Shown here in pieces: positions 9,366 to 20,335 of a stretch of DNA of 64,000 nucleotides. The notes below the pieces were generated by a model. That model saw nothing but the letters and a program-made list of their open reading frames with translations, had not been told where the DNA came from and did no database searches. How positions within the stretch are numbered: position 1 is the first letter of the stretch; every line of letters starts with the position of its first letter. The position numbers and the translations under genes were made by a program. The stretch spans positions 1,056,001 through 1,120,000 of the forward strand of contig CBDCYI010000004.1 of assembly GCA_965224085.1 (NCBI GenBank), given 5' to 3'. The stretch comes from Candidatus Marinacidobacterales bacterium. GTDB taxonomy: Bacteria; Acidobacteriota; Vicinamibacteria; Marinacidobacterales; SMYC01.

Positions 9366-10150
9366 TTGTAGCTCTCTTGAGAGTTGGGGAAGGATCCCGA
9401 GGTGACGTCTTCGTGGTAGGCCTGGACGGCCTCCCGGATCAGGTTCGACCCATCCATCCACGTGCGGACGAACTTGGGTCGGAAGGCGGTGTTGACACCG
9501 AGGAGATCCTGAAGCACCAGCACCTGGCCGCCAACATCGGGTCCGGCGCCGATGCCGATGGTGGTTATCTCGAGTGCCCTGGTGACCTCGGCAGCGACCG
9601 CCGCCGGGACGGCTTCCAGCACCAGCGCGAAGCTCCCGGCCCGCTCGAGCGCGAGCGCCTGCTCCACCAGCGCGGCGGCCTCCCCCTCATCGCGCGCCTG
9701 GACCTTGAATCCGCCCAACTGATGGACCGACTGTGGGGTCAGACCGAGGTGTCCCATGACCGGAACCCCGGACTCGACGATGTGCCGCACCAGCTCGACA
9801 TTGCCGTTGGCGCCCTCGAGCTTGACCGCGTTGGCGCCGGCGTTCATGAGCTTGCCGACGTTGCTCATGGCGACCTCCAGCCCCTTGCGGTAGGACAGGA
9901 AGGGCATATCCCCGATCAGGAACTTCTTCGGCATCCCCCGACGTACCGCGGCCGTGTGCGCGGCCATGGTGTCGATGTCTACCGGCAGGGTGGTGTCGTG
10001 GCCGTAGACCACCATTGCCAGGCTGTCGCCGACGAGCACGCAGTCGATGTCGGTTTCGGCGATCAGCGCAGCGCTCCAGCTGTCATAGCAGGTAACCATC
10101 GAGATGGGCACGCCTTCCCTCTTCTTGTCGACAAAGCTTTGAACGCTCAT
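9362..10150 (-). CDS. panB: 3-methyl-2-oxobutanoate hydroxymethyltransferase
   Basis: LVGDSL, DMPF, VKLEG, GHLGLTPQS and IGIGAG motifs. Confidence 0.97.
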   Translation of the reverse strand: MSVQSFVDKKREGVPISMVTCYDSWSAALIAETDIDCVLVGDSLAMVVYGHDTTLPVDIDTMAAHTAAVRRGMPKKFLIGDMPFLSYRKGLEVAMSNVGKLMNAGANAVKLEGANGNVELVRHIVESGVPVMGHLGLTPQSVHQLGGFKVQARDEGEAAALVEQALALERAGSFALVLEAVPAAVAAEVTRALEITTIGIGAGPDVGGQVLVLQDLLGVNTAFRPKFVRTWMDGSNLIREAVQAYHEDVTSGSFPNSQESYK

Positions 10151-10854
10151 TGTCCCGCCTCCTGCTCGTCGAACGCACCGATGAACGCGCGGTAGACGTC
10201 GTGGTAGGGATCTCCTTCGAGGGCCCGGAGATCGCGTTCGACGGTTCGTCGGTCTCCCCTGGCCAGCGATCCCGTGAGGGCGTCACGGCCGGAAACGGCG
10301 ATGTTGAGCCTCGTCCTCTCCAGGTAGGGCTCGAGCACCTCGCGCGGCAGACCCAGTCGATGCTCGAAATCGTCGAAGGCCTTGGCCCACAGCATGGTGG
10401 TGAAGTTACCCGCGAGAACGCAGAGCGCGTGGTAGAGCGGTTTGAGCTCGGGGTCGATCGACCACGAAGGGTTGCGAAGGGCGGGAAAGACGTCGTGAAA
10501 GCCGAGCCCGCCCTCCTCGACAACAAAGGGCGCGGTCCGGTAGTTCTCGAGGCTGTACAGTTCGGGACCAAAGGTCATCAGCGGATGGAGGCCGTGGGCG
10601 CCCTCGCGCGTCAGGCTTCCCGAAAAGTGCACCGTCGGCCGGTTTCGAAGATCCGGGTGGTCGGCAAGGAACGACGCCAGAGCATCGTCGCTGATCGCCA
10701 AAAGCAGAATATCGGCGACCGCCAAGGCCTCATCGGGCGCCACCGCCTCGCCACGATGCCAGCTGAGAAATGGTTGGGCTTCGAGCTTTAGGTAGCGGGC
10801 CATGTGGGTGGCCAGGCGTCCCCGGCCGATCAGGCCATAGGTGGGCTTTTCCAT
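10147..10854 (-). CDS. panG: Rossmann-like/DUF2520 protein, probable PanG-type ketopantoate reductase
   Basis: IGRGRLA, HFSG, HPLMTF, YHALCV..GNF, LTG.L.RGD. Coupled to panB. Confidence 0.75.
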   Translation of the reverse strand: MEKPTYGLIGRGRLATHMARYLKLEAQPFLSWHRGEAVAPDEALAVADILLLAISDDALASFLADHPDLRNRPTVHFSGSLTREGAHGLHPLMTFGPELYSLENYRTAPFVVEEGGLGFHDVFPALRNPSWSIDPELKPLYHALCVLAGNFTTMLWAKAFDDFEHRLGLPREVLEPYLERTRLNIAVSGRDALTGSLARGDRRTVERDLRALEGDPYHDVYRAFIGAFDEQEAGQ

Positions 10855-10975
10855 GACGGTACCTGTCCTTTAGATCAAGTCCGTGTTTTCGAACAACGGC
10901 GGGTGTTGTACTCGTCACCGTCGCAAGCGATCGATGCGCACCCACGCCTAGGATAGGGGCCCGAGGTGATTGCCG

Positions 10976-11200
10976 TCAAATGGACGTAGAGAGCTTCTCG
11001 AGCGCTGCTCCCAGGCGTTTGACTCCTTCACGAATCACGGGCTCCTCCGGCGAGAACGAGAGTCGGAGATAGCGCAACGCTTCCGCTCCGAAAGCCACAC
11101 CAGGAATCGTGATGAGCCCGGCGCGCTCGACAAGATCGAGCGCGAGCGCCAGACTGTCTCCATTCGGCGCGGCCTCGACAAGCATGTAATAGGCTCCGGG
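10976..11200 (-). pseudogene. C-terminal fragment of a class I/II PLP aminotransferase
   Basis: PGAYY...LITIPGVAFG...YLRLSF...GVKRL, with no N-terminal part. Confidence 0.75.
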
Positions 11201-11415
11201 GAAGAACACCGGGTCGGCTCGCCCGGCCCGTGCCGCACGTGAGCGTGACGGGATCTCCGACTGTTCGGCCTGCCTAATCGAGCTCGAGCGCGAAGAGGTT
11301 GCTGCAAGCACCGCCGCGTTAATCTCGGCGTGACCAACTCCAGCGTCGAAGAGCAACGGGGGAAGACGGGCCGCAAACGTGGCGGTCGCGACGACCGCCA
11401 GTGGTACAATGCAAT

Positions 11416-11625
11416 ATGTCGAAACAAGCGATCCCATTGCGCCGCGACCCAGTGATCGAGGCGTATAAAATGGATGTGGATCGCACTCTCCTGCGAGAAT
11501 CCCTCAAGCTGACGGTCGAGGAACGGCTTCGTGCCCTCATGAAACTTACCGCGAGCGCAGCTCGAGCTGCGCCGGGCAGGCCGAGATGGCCGAAGCGAAT
11601 CCGACCGAGTTTGAGAGCCTACTGA
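11416..11625 (+). pseudogene. Small antitoxin-like protein, apparently frameshifted near 11550
   Basis: DPVIEAYKMDVDRTLLRESLKLTVEERLRAL, a type usually found upstream of nucleotidyltransferases. Confidence 0.55.
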
Positions 11626-11870
11626 AGGCTCTCTCGGAAGCCAACGTTCGTTTCATCATTGTTGGCGGCGTCGCTGCGACGATTCACGGCGCGGTTAGAT
11701 TGACGCAGGACCTCGACATCGTTTACGAGCGTACGGCCGAGAACTTCGAACGTCTCGTGGACGTACTACAGTCCCACGGACCCTATTTGCGCGGCGCTCC
11801 TCCTGGTCTTCCGTTCCGTTGGGATGCAGAAACCATCAGCGCCGGACTCAACTTCACGCTCTCGACCGAT
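11586..11870 (+). pseudogene. Nucleotidyltransferase-fold protein, 3'-truncated
   Basis: FIIVGGVAA..HG..RLT.DLDI...LNFTLST, then similarity is lost. Confidence 0.7.
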
Positions 11871-12252
11871 CACAGACGGAAGCAGTCGTGCGTTGCGCGC
11901 TATATAGATTCAAACCGTTTCGGTTCTGTTCATCGAGAAGTCACTAATGCCTCCGTGATTTCTTGCGGGGAAGTTCGCACATGACCGCGGCCGCCGAAAT
12001 ATTTCGATAACGTCCAAGAAGTAGGGATGGAGAATCGTCGGCAACCGTGGGCCCGCGGCTCGAATCGAAGTCGTCATCGCATCACGTTGGGACTCGAATC
12101 CTCCGCCACCCCATTCTGGTCATCTGCTACCATGTGCCGATTGGACGGGAGCAGTTGCGGCGCAGCGTTGACGACAACACGGAATGGATGGCCCTGGAGC
12201 GCGGCCGCGCGGTCCTGCCCCGCCAGCTCGCTGCGTGGGGCGGAGACGCCGG

Positions 12253-13260
12253 TTGAAGCCGGTCCACCTCTGCTTCCTCGGATGCGGGTTCATCACCCGC
12301 GTGCACAGTCAGCATCTGCAGAAGATGCGCGCCGACGTCGTCTGTAGCTATGCGAGTCGTGATCCTGCGCGCGCGGCGGACTACCAGCGTCAGTTCAGAG
12401 GCGTGGGGCACTACCGAGGCTACGACGAGGCGCTTCGCGATCCTGCTGTCGATGCCGTGGTGGTGGCGCTGCCGACACGCTATCATCTCGAGGTGACGCA
12501 GCAGGCGCTCGAGATGGGGAAGCACGTCCTCGTGGAAAAGCCTGCGTTTCCAAGTCTTGATGACTATCACGCCGTCGTGGAGGCGCGCGAACGGACCGGT
12601 CGCGTCGTACTCGTGGGCGAAAACGATCATTACAAGCCGCTTTGCGTCGAGCTTCGCCGTCTCCTTGCGACTGGCGTCATCGGAGAGCTCGTATTCGGAC
12701 ACTTCGTCACGATCATGAAAAAGCCCAAGTCGGCCGACGACTGGCGGAACGATGAAGAAATGGCCGGCGGTGATGCCTTCTTCGAAGAGGGAATCCATTG
12801 GCTGCACATTGCTGGAAGTTTGGGGCCCCAAATCCGCACCATTCACGGCTATCGGCCGTCTCCTTCCAAATACGGACCGCTCGGCGGAGACGCGCGGCGC
12901 AAGAGCATGCTGGTCTCCTTCCAATACGACACCGGTGCGGTGGGCGCTCTTTATTATTCGCGGGAGATTCCGTCTCTCCTCCGCGGGTTTCGGCTGTCGA
13001 AGCTCTTCGGCCGCGAAGGCATCATCACGTTTGAGTCGAACGGAGCGTTCATTCTGGCGCGTGGTGGAGGTCTGCCCCGATTCAAGCTCTTGCCCGGCTT
13101 CCGGGATATCCGCGGATACCGTGCCATGTACCGCGATTTCGTCGGCGCTATCCGGAACGGTCAAACGCCGGAGATGAGTCTCGAGCGGGCAATGGACGAC
13201 CACCGCTTGATGGACGCGGTGTCCGCGAGCGCGGATTCCATGGAGCTCGCCTGTACGTGA
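12253..13260 (+). CDS. Gfo/Idh/MocA-family oxidoreductase
   Basis: FLGCGFI, GKHVLVEKP, GGDAFFEEGIHW. TTG start overlaps the stop of an upstream fragment. Confidence 0.9.
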   Translation: MKPVHLCFLGCGFITRVHSQHLQKMRADVVCSYASRDPARAADYQRQFRGVGHYRGYDEALRDPAVDAVVVALPTRYHLEVTQQALEMGKHVLVEKPAFPSLDDYHAVVEARERTGRVVLVGENDHYKPLCVELRRLLATGVIGELVFGHFVTIMKKPKSADDWRNDEEMAGGDAFFEEGIHWLHIAGSLGPQIRTIHGYRPSPSKYGPLGGDARRKSMLVSFQYDTGAVGALYYSREIPSLLRGFRLSKLFGREGIITFESNGAFILARGGGLPRFKLLPGFRDIRGYRAMYRDFVGAIRNGQTPEMSLERAMDDHRLMDAVSASADSMELACT

Positions 13261-14774
13261 CCGAGCGCTTCGATATCGTCATCATCGGTAGCGGCACTGG
13301 AGGGGGCACGGTGGCCTACACCCTCGCGGCCACCAGAGCGCGCATTCTGATCGTCGAGCGGGGCGATTTCATTCCCCAGGAAGACGAGAACTGGAGTCCT
13401 CAGGCGGTGTGGGGGGATCTCCGGTATCGAACGACGGAGCGCTGGATCGACCGGCGCGGTCAGGAGTTCGTTCCGTACACGCATTACTGTGTCGGTGGTA
13501 ACTCGAAGTTCTGGGGGGCCGTGCTGTATCGTTTGCGGCGCGAGGATTTCGGCGAGATACGGCATCGGGGCGGCGTTTCACCCGCATGGCCCATTACCTA
13601 CGAGACGATTGCCCCTTACTACGATCGGGCCGAAGAGCTCTATCAGGTCCATGGCCGAGACGGATCCGACCCGACTGAGCCGCCGCGGAAGCCATTCCCG
13701 TACCCACCCGTGGAGCATCAGGGGCGCATCGCCGTCATCGTCGAACGTTTGCGGTCCCTCGGGTTGCATCCGTCGCACCTGCCACTTGGAGTGTTACGCC
13801 CGGGCGAGCCGGACGGCTGCATCCTCTGCAGCACGTGCAACTCGTATCCCTGCAAGATTCGCTCGAAAAGCGACGCCGACGTCTGCTCGGTGACCCCGGC
13901 CATCGCGCACGACAACGTCACACTCTGGACCAACGCCTATACCGAGCGCCTCTTGACCAACGGGAGCGGCGACAAAGTCGTCGCGGCGGAAATCACCCGC
14001 GAAGGACAACGGGTCCGAGTCGAAGCGCCGCTTTTCGTCGTCTCCTGTGGTGCGGTGAACTCTGCCGCTCTACTCTTGCGCTCGAAAAGCGAGGTGCATC
14101 GTGACGGCCTTGCAAACTCGTCAGGTCTCGTCGGGCGCAACTATATGTCCCACGTCGTCACCATGCTCGGCGCCTTCATGCCTCCCAGCCACGACACGAT
14201 GTTTCAGAAGACCGTCGCCATCAACGATTTTTACTTGCGCAGTCCCGATGCCGACTACCCACTCGGACAGCTCCAGTCGCAAGGACGCTCGCACGCCGCC
14301 ATCGCGCGAGCCGCCGGGCCTCCTGGATCCCGCCATGTGCCCACCTGGGCTTACGACGCCTGGTTCGCGCGCGGGGTCGAGTGGCTGGCCATGAGCGAGG
14401 ACTTGCCGAATCCCGACAATCGCGTGAGCCTCACGGCCAACGGCCGCATCCGACTCCAACGGGAGCCGTCGAACGTCGAGGCCCACCACGAGCTCGTCGC
14501 CCTCACCCGACGGTTGCTGCGCAAAGTCGGAGCCTGGTTCGTCATGGCGATCCCAATCGGTGAGTTCAATACCACGCACCAGTGCGGCACCGCGGTCTTC
14601 GGCGCCGATCCGAAAGCGTCGGTGCTCGATCCTTGGTGCCGGTCCCACGACGTCGAGAATTTGTTCGTCGTCGATGCCTCGTTCTTCCCGTCGTCGGCCG
14701 CGGTGAACCCGGCACTCACCATCGCGGCCCAGGCCCTTCGAACGGCCGACCATATCAAGGAAACCTTTTTTTGA
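13257..14774 (+). CDS. GMC-family FAD oxidoreductase
   Basis: IIGSGTGG, VGGNSKFWG, HQCGT, NLFVVDASFFPSS...NPALT. Confidence 0.93.
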   Translation: MTERFDIVIIGSGTGGGTVAYTLAATRARILIVERGDFIPQEDENWSPQAVWGDLRYRTTERWIDRRGQEFVPYTHYCVGGNSKFWGAVLYRLRREDFGEIRHRGGVSPAWPITYETIAPYYDRAEELYQVHGRDGSDPTEPPRKPFPYPPVEHQGRIAVIVERLRSLGLHPSHLPLGVLRPGEPDGCILCSTCNSYPCKIRSKSDADVCSVTPAIAHDNVTLWTNAYTERLLTNGSGDKVVAAEITREGQRVRVEAPLFVVSCGAVNSAALLLRSKSEVHRDGLANSSGLVGRNYMSHVVTMLGAFMPPSHDTMFQKTVAINDFYLRSPDADYPLGQLQSQGRSHAAIARAAGPPGSRHVPTWAYDAWFARGVEWLAMSEDLPNPDNRVSLTANGRIRLQREPSNVEAHHELVALTRRLLRKVGAWFVMAIPIGEFNTTHQCGTAVFGADPKASVLDPWCRSHDVENLFVVDASFFPSSAAVNPALTIAAQALRTADHIKETFF

Positions 14775-14790
14775 GATAAGGCAGGAGCGT

Positions 14791-15303
14791 ATGAAAGCAC
14801 GATCGTTGAGCCACACCGCTATCACGGTAAAGGACTTCGACAAGTTCGTTCAGTTTTACGCCGAGACCTTCGGCTGCCGCCTCGTAGGTGTCTCAGACAG
14901 TGACCCGGTCAAGGTGCGCACTTTCTTCGGCGTCGACGCGGAGGGCGCAAAGTGCAAGATCGGTTGGCTGCGTACCCCGGGTGGCGGCATGCTCGAGATC
15001 TTCGAGTTCACCCCACAGCAGCCGGCGCAGGAAGTGGTGTGGAGCCGGGTGGGGATGACGCATATCAGCTTCGACGTGAAAGACTGTTACAAGTGGCACG
15101 ATGACATGGCGAAGAAGGGAGTGGAGATCGTAAGCGAGGTCGAGAAATCGAAGCACGGGCACACTTTCTTCTTCATGAAAGACTGCGACGGGAATTTGAT
15201 CGAGCTCATCGACTTGAAAATCCGCTACCCGCTCCTCAGACACCTGGGCTGGCTCGGAGGCTGGCTCTTTCGACGTGGAATGTACAAGGAGCACTACGGG
15301 TAG
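14791..15303 (+). CDS. VOC/glyoxalase-family protein
   Basis: HTAITV, LEIFEF, HISF, DCDGNLIEL. AGGAG RBS. Confidence 0.88.
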   Translation: MKARSLSHTAITVKDFDKFVQFYAETFGCRLVGVSDSDPVKVRTFFGVDAEGAKCKIGWLRTPGGGMLEIFEFTPQQPAQEVVWSRVGMTHISFDVKDCYKWHDDMAKKGVEIVSEVEKSKHGHTFFFMKDCDGNLIELIDLKIRYPLLRHLGWLGGWLFRRGMYKEHYG

Positions 15304-15455
15304 AGTACTTCCGATTTGCCATCGAAACTCCCGCGGAGTTCCAAGCGCACTGCGGCGCATAACCGTCTAACGGACCGAGCTCGTGCATCAGAAATCCGCT
15401 ACGGCATCTTCGCCGCCACACCGTCGATTTCGATGTGCCAATCAGGGACTACCAG

Positions 15456-16850
15456 CTGGTGGTCCGCAAAAACTCGATCCGACGTTGATTCCGCAGTTTA
15501 GACCTGCCAGGATCGGCCGTTTCGCGGCGTCCGTCATCGGGCTCGTCGCCTTTGCTTCCGGAAAGGCCCGTTCTTGCGTTTGCTCTCGAAAATTGTGCCC
15601 GTTGTTCTCGACGCCCTTGCGTTCGCCCGCAATCTCCTCCGTTCACGTAGCGCCCTCGCCGCTGAGAATCTCTTTCTCCGGAAACAGCTCACGTTCTTTG
15701 TTGAGCGCGAGCAGACCCCTCGCCGCACAGATAACGCCACTTGGTTCACGATGGCGAGCCTGACGAGGCTGTTCGACTAGAAGAACACCCTCATCGTGGT
15801 GACGCCCGACACGCTCATCCGCTGGCACCGGAAAGGGGTTCGTCTGTTTTGGCGGTGGAAATCTCGACCCAAAGGACGTCCGCACGTGCCAGAAGAGCTC
15901 AAGAAGCTAATCGTCGAGATGGCGATCTCGAACGGCAGCTGGGGTGAGGAGAGGATCACACATGAACTTCTCGTCAAGCTCGGCATCCGCGTGTCGCCGC
16001 GGTGAGAAAGTACATGCCAAATCGAGATGACGGCGGCTCGCGCCATTCGTCTCAGCGCTGGGCGACATTCGTTCGCAATCACGCGAAGGCGATTGTGGCT
16101 GCGGACTTTCTGACGGTCGTCACAGCCCGGTTCTAATTCCTCTACGTCCTCGTCGTGATGGAAGTCGGTACACGCAAGATTATTCAACTGAACGTGACCA
16201 CGCACCCGACCGCGGAGTGCACCTTGCAGCAGTTCCGAGAAGCGATACCGTACAAGCACGATTATCGCTTCGTGATCGTCGACCGAGATACGAAGTTCTC
16301 CGAAGATCGACGCAAGTCCGTGCGAGCGATGGGCGTCAGGGTGTTGAGGACACCAGCATTCGCGCCGCAAGCAAATTCTTACTGCGAGAGGCTGATCGGC
16401 AGCACGCGCCGCGAATGTTTAGACTTCCTTATCCCGCTCTCGGAAAATCACCTTCGTCGAGTTTTAGCGGAATGGCGTGACTACTACAATCAAGCGAGGC
16501 CGCATTCATCGCTGGGACCCAATGTCCCTGAGCCGGTGGCGAGCGATCTGACGGTCGAACCCGCTTCGCCGAGGCACTCCATTCCTTCGGAATTCCGCAT
16601 CGTCTCCTCACCGATTCTAGGCGCGCTCCACCACGATTACCGCTTGGCACGCGCCGCCTGAGTAGGCGAAGCTCTCAGCGGCCGTCTTCGAGACGTCTGC
16701 ACTCCAGGACCGCTTTCCGCGGTACGACCGCACCATCGCGTTCGCGCCGTCGGCAACACATGCGTCGAGCTCATTTTCGTCGGCGCCAGGCGATCGAAAA
16801 CCTCCTTCCCGGTGCCCGGCCACCGCATGCTTTTTTTTGCGGACGACAGG
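15456..16850 (+). mobile_element. Decayed IS-like element with an rve integrase-core transposase pseudogene (15574-16661)
   Basis: Imperfect terminal IRs CTGGTGGTCCGCAAAAA / TTTTTGCGGACGACAGG. ENLFLRKQL, TLIRWHR, DRD, ERLIGSTRRECLD and YYN..RPHSSL motifs. Stops at 15778 and about 16135, frameshift at about 16003. Confidence 0.88.
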
Positions 16851-17250
16851 GCTCGCTTGGTACAGAGCCGATTGTCGTTGTCGAACCGGCAATCCGTGAG
16901 CCGGTTCCTTTATATTCTCGTCGCCGTCGTCGCTCTCGTCCTTCTGATTGCTTGCCTCGACATAACCGGGCTGCTCCTCGTGCGCGCCGGCTCGCGTCAG
17001 AAAGAAATCGCTGTCCGCATGGCGTTGGGTTCCGGCCGCTGGTGCATCATGCGACAGCTCCTGGTGGAAGTGGCGTTGATCTCAGGGCTGGGTTTGCTCG
17101 CGAGCGTTCCGGTGGCCGCTTGGTCCGTGAAGCCTTTGAGTACTGTTTATCTTCCGTTCGAGGTTCCCCTGCATGTGGACGCGACGGTGGACGGTCGCGT
17201 GATGGCTTTTGCGTCGGCTTTAAACTGGCCATTAGCATTTTTTTTTGTCG
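16851..17250 (+). pseudogene. Internal fragment of an ADOP/MacB-like permease abutting the element end
   Basis: LVLLIAC....LLL.R...RQKEIAVRMALG...RQLLVE. Confidence 0.8.
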
Positions 17251-17414
17251 GTCGTCGCACTTGCCGCGAGCTACTTCCCTGCCCACCGTGCCAGCAACGT
17301 CGACCCGGTCTCGGGCCTTCGCTCGGAGTGAGTATAGGGCGAAGTCGCATTTCCTCTTTTGACCGGAAGCGCCACATATTGGTTACAGGTGTACTTATTG
17401 CCACGCTTCGGTTC

Positions 17415-18712
17415 TCAGAACTGAAGGCGCAGGCTCAGCTGGAAGATCCATTCCGTCGCTCGCACCGGAAGGCCAATCGAAGCGCGTGCCGGCCGCTCGC
17501 TGTCGATGCGCATGAGCTCGACGCCGATACGGTGGCTATCGGCGACGCGGACTAGGTAGTCGAAGGTCCACGCGTCTCCGTCTTCGTCGCTCGCGTCCGG
17601 TGCGCGGAAGATGTCGCGGTCGCGCACACGAAATGGCTCGTAGCGTATGGAGAGGCGTTGGCGTCCAAAGGGTGCGGTGAGAAGAACGTACCACGAGCGA
17701 AACGATGCGGTAACCTTGAGCTCGCGCGGTCCACGAAAACCCATATCGGTATCGCCGTCGAGGTATTGGGTGAGTAGCTCCATCTCTCTCGTAGAAACAC
17801 GACGGCGCCGACATTGGCGAAGCGCGTCTTCCATGCATATTGCTTGCCGTCGAAACGGTTCGGAATCCCGCGATTGTCGAAGTAGAGTCCGTTCAGCTGG
17901 AAGAAACGATAGTGCTCCCACGCGAGCGCTCCGTAGTAGCCGGGGCGGTCGTCGATCTCGAAGAGCGGCTCGACCCATGGCGCTTGCTGCTCGAACGCGC
18001 CCCCTGGCTCGAGGGATGGGATGTCCGGTAGCGGCAAGCGATCTCGGTACCCGGTTTGACGATCGTGAAGCGCGAAACCTCGATAGGCCAAGAGGCTTCC
18101 TGTCGGGTCGTTGTTCCAGAAAACGGCGCCCTTGAGCGAAAGCTCGTTTTCGGCACCGACATGGGCCAGAGCGAGCTCGAGTCCCGTCGAGCGTACTTCT
18201 TCGCCAACCCAAGCGTTTATCGCGGAAGGTGTCACCGTATAAAAGGTGGACCAGGCTTCTCCAACATTCTCTAGCGAGATCGGCGGGAAAAAGAGCCCGC
18301 CCTTCACGCGGAGCTCGAGGGGGGGCGCAAAGCTCCAGCGCCAATCAGCGAAGGCCTCGACGAGCCGGATGCGATCCCACCCGTAGCGTCCACCGGGATG
18401 CGCGGGCTCGAGGTCGAGGTTCAATTGCACGTGCGTGACAAGGTTTTCCGTGGGCCTGGTGTCGAAGGCGATGGAAGCTTGCGGGATGCGGAAGAGCGCT
18501 CGACCATCCACGCCGTCGCCTCCGTAGCGCGTTTTACCCAGCTCGGCGTCGAGCCAGCTCGCAGTGCTATCGGCTTGGATGTAGCGAAAGTCCCAAACGG
18601 TGACGAGCTCGATTGCGCGGGTGGTTTGTTCGAAGTAGGCCGGTTCTTCTTGCCCCTCTTGCTCCTGCGCTGCCAGCAGAAGCATCAGAAGAGTCCAAGG
18701 CGAGATCGACAC
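17415..18712 (-). pseudogene. Outer-membrane beta-barrel-like protein with a frameshift at about 17785
   Basis: Signal peptide and amphipathic strands. The frame switches in a GAGAGAGA run to the frame ending ...QLSLRLQF (terminal Phe). Could be a sequencing error. Confidence 0.65.
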
Positions 18713-18790
18713 AACCTATACTAACGCTCTCGTTTCTGCATTGTTGTGCTACGCTCGCATCGTTCGAGAGGAAGCCTCCATTACATGCGA

Positions 18791-20335
18791 ATGCTAAAAC
18801 GCAGAGTTTCACGACGCCACTTCCTGAAGAGCACGGCGGCGGCCGCGCCGGCGCTCTTGATCCGACAAAGTCCCGTACGTTTTTCGACGAACCCCTTTAC
18901 GCTGGGCGTTGCTTCCGGCTACCCTCTTTCGGACGGGTTCGTCATCTGGACGCGCCTTGCTCCCGTGCCGCTCATGGGCGGCGGGATGCCTCCCTCCCCC
19001 GTTCTCGTGGAGTGGGAAGTCGCGAGCGACGACCGCATGAGAAACGTTGTGCGGAACGGTTCCGCGCTCGCCTCGCCGGACTGGGCGCACTCGGTTCACG
19101 TCGAGGTCGAAGGTCTCGAGCCGGACCGCCCTTATTGGTATCGCTTCCACGTCGCTAGCGAAGAGAGTGTCATCGGTCGCTCGCGCACGGCACCGCCACC
19201 GCAGACTAGTCCCGAACGCCTCCGGTTTGCCTTCGCCTCGTGCCAGCATTACGAGAAGGGCTACTACAGTGCCTATCGCCACATGATCGCGGACGAGCTC
19301 GACCTCGTGATCCATCTCGGAGACTACATCTACGAAGAAGACGGTAGCAATGTGCGCGTGCGCTTGCACGCGGCGCCCGAGCCCGTGACCCTCGAGGACT
19401 ACCGGAACCGCTACGCACAGTACAAGAGCGACAAGGATCTTCAAGCGGCGCACGCGGCGGCTCCTTGGCTCGTGACCTGGGACGACCACGAAGTTGACAA
19501 CGACTACGCTGATCTTGCGAGCGAAGAGCTCCATCCCGAAGCGTGGTTTCGCCGCCGCCGCACGGCAGCTTACCACGCGTATTACGAGCATATGCCTCTC
19601 CGACGAAGCGCCGCGCCACTCGGCGAGCATCTGCGTCTCTATACGGAAGTCGCGTATGGCGAGCTTGCGCGCTTTCAAGTGCTCGACGATCGGCAATATC
19701 GATCGCCGCAAGTTTGCCCGCCTCCCGGCGAGGGCGGGTCGAACATCGTCGCGGAGTGTCCCGAGCGGCTCGACCCGAGCTTGACGCTTCTCGGCAAGGC
19801 GCAAGAAGCGTGGCTTCATCGAAATCTCGAACGGTCGACGGCGCGTTGGAACATTCTCGCGCAACAGACGCTAATGGCAGAGCTCGATCGCACACGCGGC
19901 TCCGCGCGCGCGTTCTGGACGGATGGTTGGGACGGCTACCCTGCCGCCCGGTCGCGGTTTCTCGAATTCATTGCCGAGCGTGCGCCAAGAAACCCTCTCG
20001 TCATTGGCGGCGACGTGCACGCGTTCTGGGTGTCTGACCTCAAGGCTGACTTTCGTGACGGGCATGCGAAGACCATCGCGAGCGAGCTCGTCGGAAGCTC
20101 GATCACGTCGTCTTCAGGCTTGACAGACGAGCGTCGCGCCGCGATACAGAAGAACAATCCGCACATCCAATACGGAAACAGCGTTCGGCGCGGCTACGTC
20201 CGCGTAGAGCTCAACACCGAGCGCGCCCAGGCCGACCTTCGCGGCGTCGAGGACGTAACCGATCCCGCATCGGGGATCGAGACCTTGGCTTCTTTCGTGA
20301 TTCAAGACGGCCGGCCGGGACCTCGAAAAATCTAG
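18791..20335 (+). CDS. phoD: Tat-exported alkaline phosphatase D
   Basis: SRRHFL, FTLGVASG, FASCQH, HLGDYIYE, WDDHEVDND, DGWDGY, GGDVH. Confidence 0.94.
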   Translation: MLKRRVSRRHFLKSTAAAAPALLIRQSPVRFSTNPFTLGVASGYPLSDGFVIWTRLAPVPLMGGGMPPSPVLVEWEVASDDRMRNVVRNGSALASPDWAHSVHVEVEGLEPDRPYWYRFHVASEESVIGRSRTAPPPQTSPERLRFAFASCQHYEKGYYSAYRHMIADELDLVIHLGDYIYEEDGSNVRVRLHAAPEPVTLEDYRNRYAQYKSDKDLQAAHAAAPWLVTWDDHEVDNDYADLASEELHPEAWFRRRRTAAYHAYYEHMPLRRSAAPLGEHLRLYTEVAYGELARFQVLDDRQYRSPQVCPPPGEGGSNIVAECPERLDPSLTLLGKAQEAWLHRNLERSTARWNILAQQTLMAELDRTRGSARAFWTDGWDGYPAARSRFLEFIAERAPRNPLVIGGDVHAFWVSDLKADFRDGHAKTIASELVGSSITSSSGLTDERRAAIQKNNPHIQYGNSVRRGYVRVELNTERAQADLRGVEDVTDPASGIETLASFVIQDGRPGPRKI

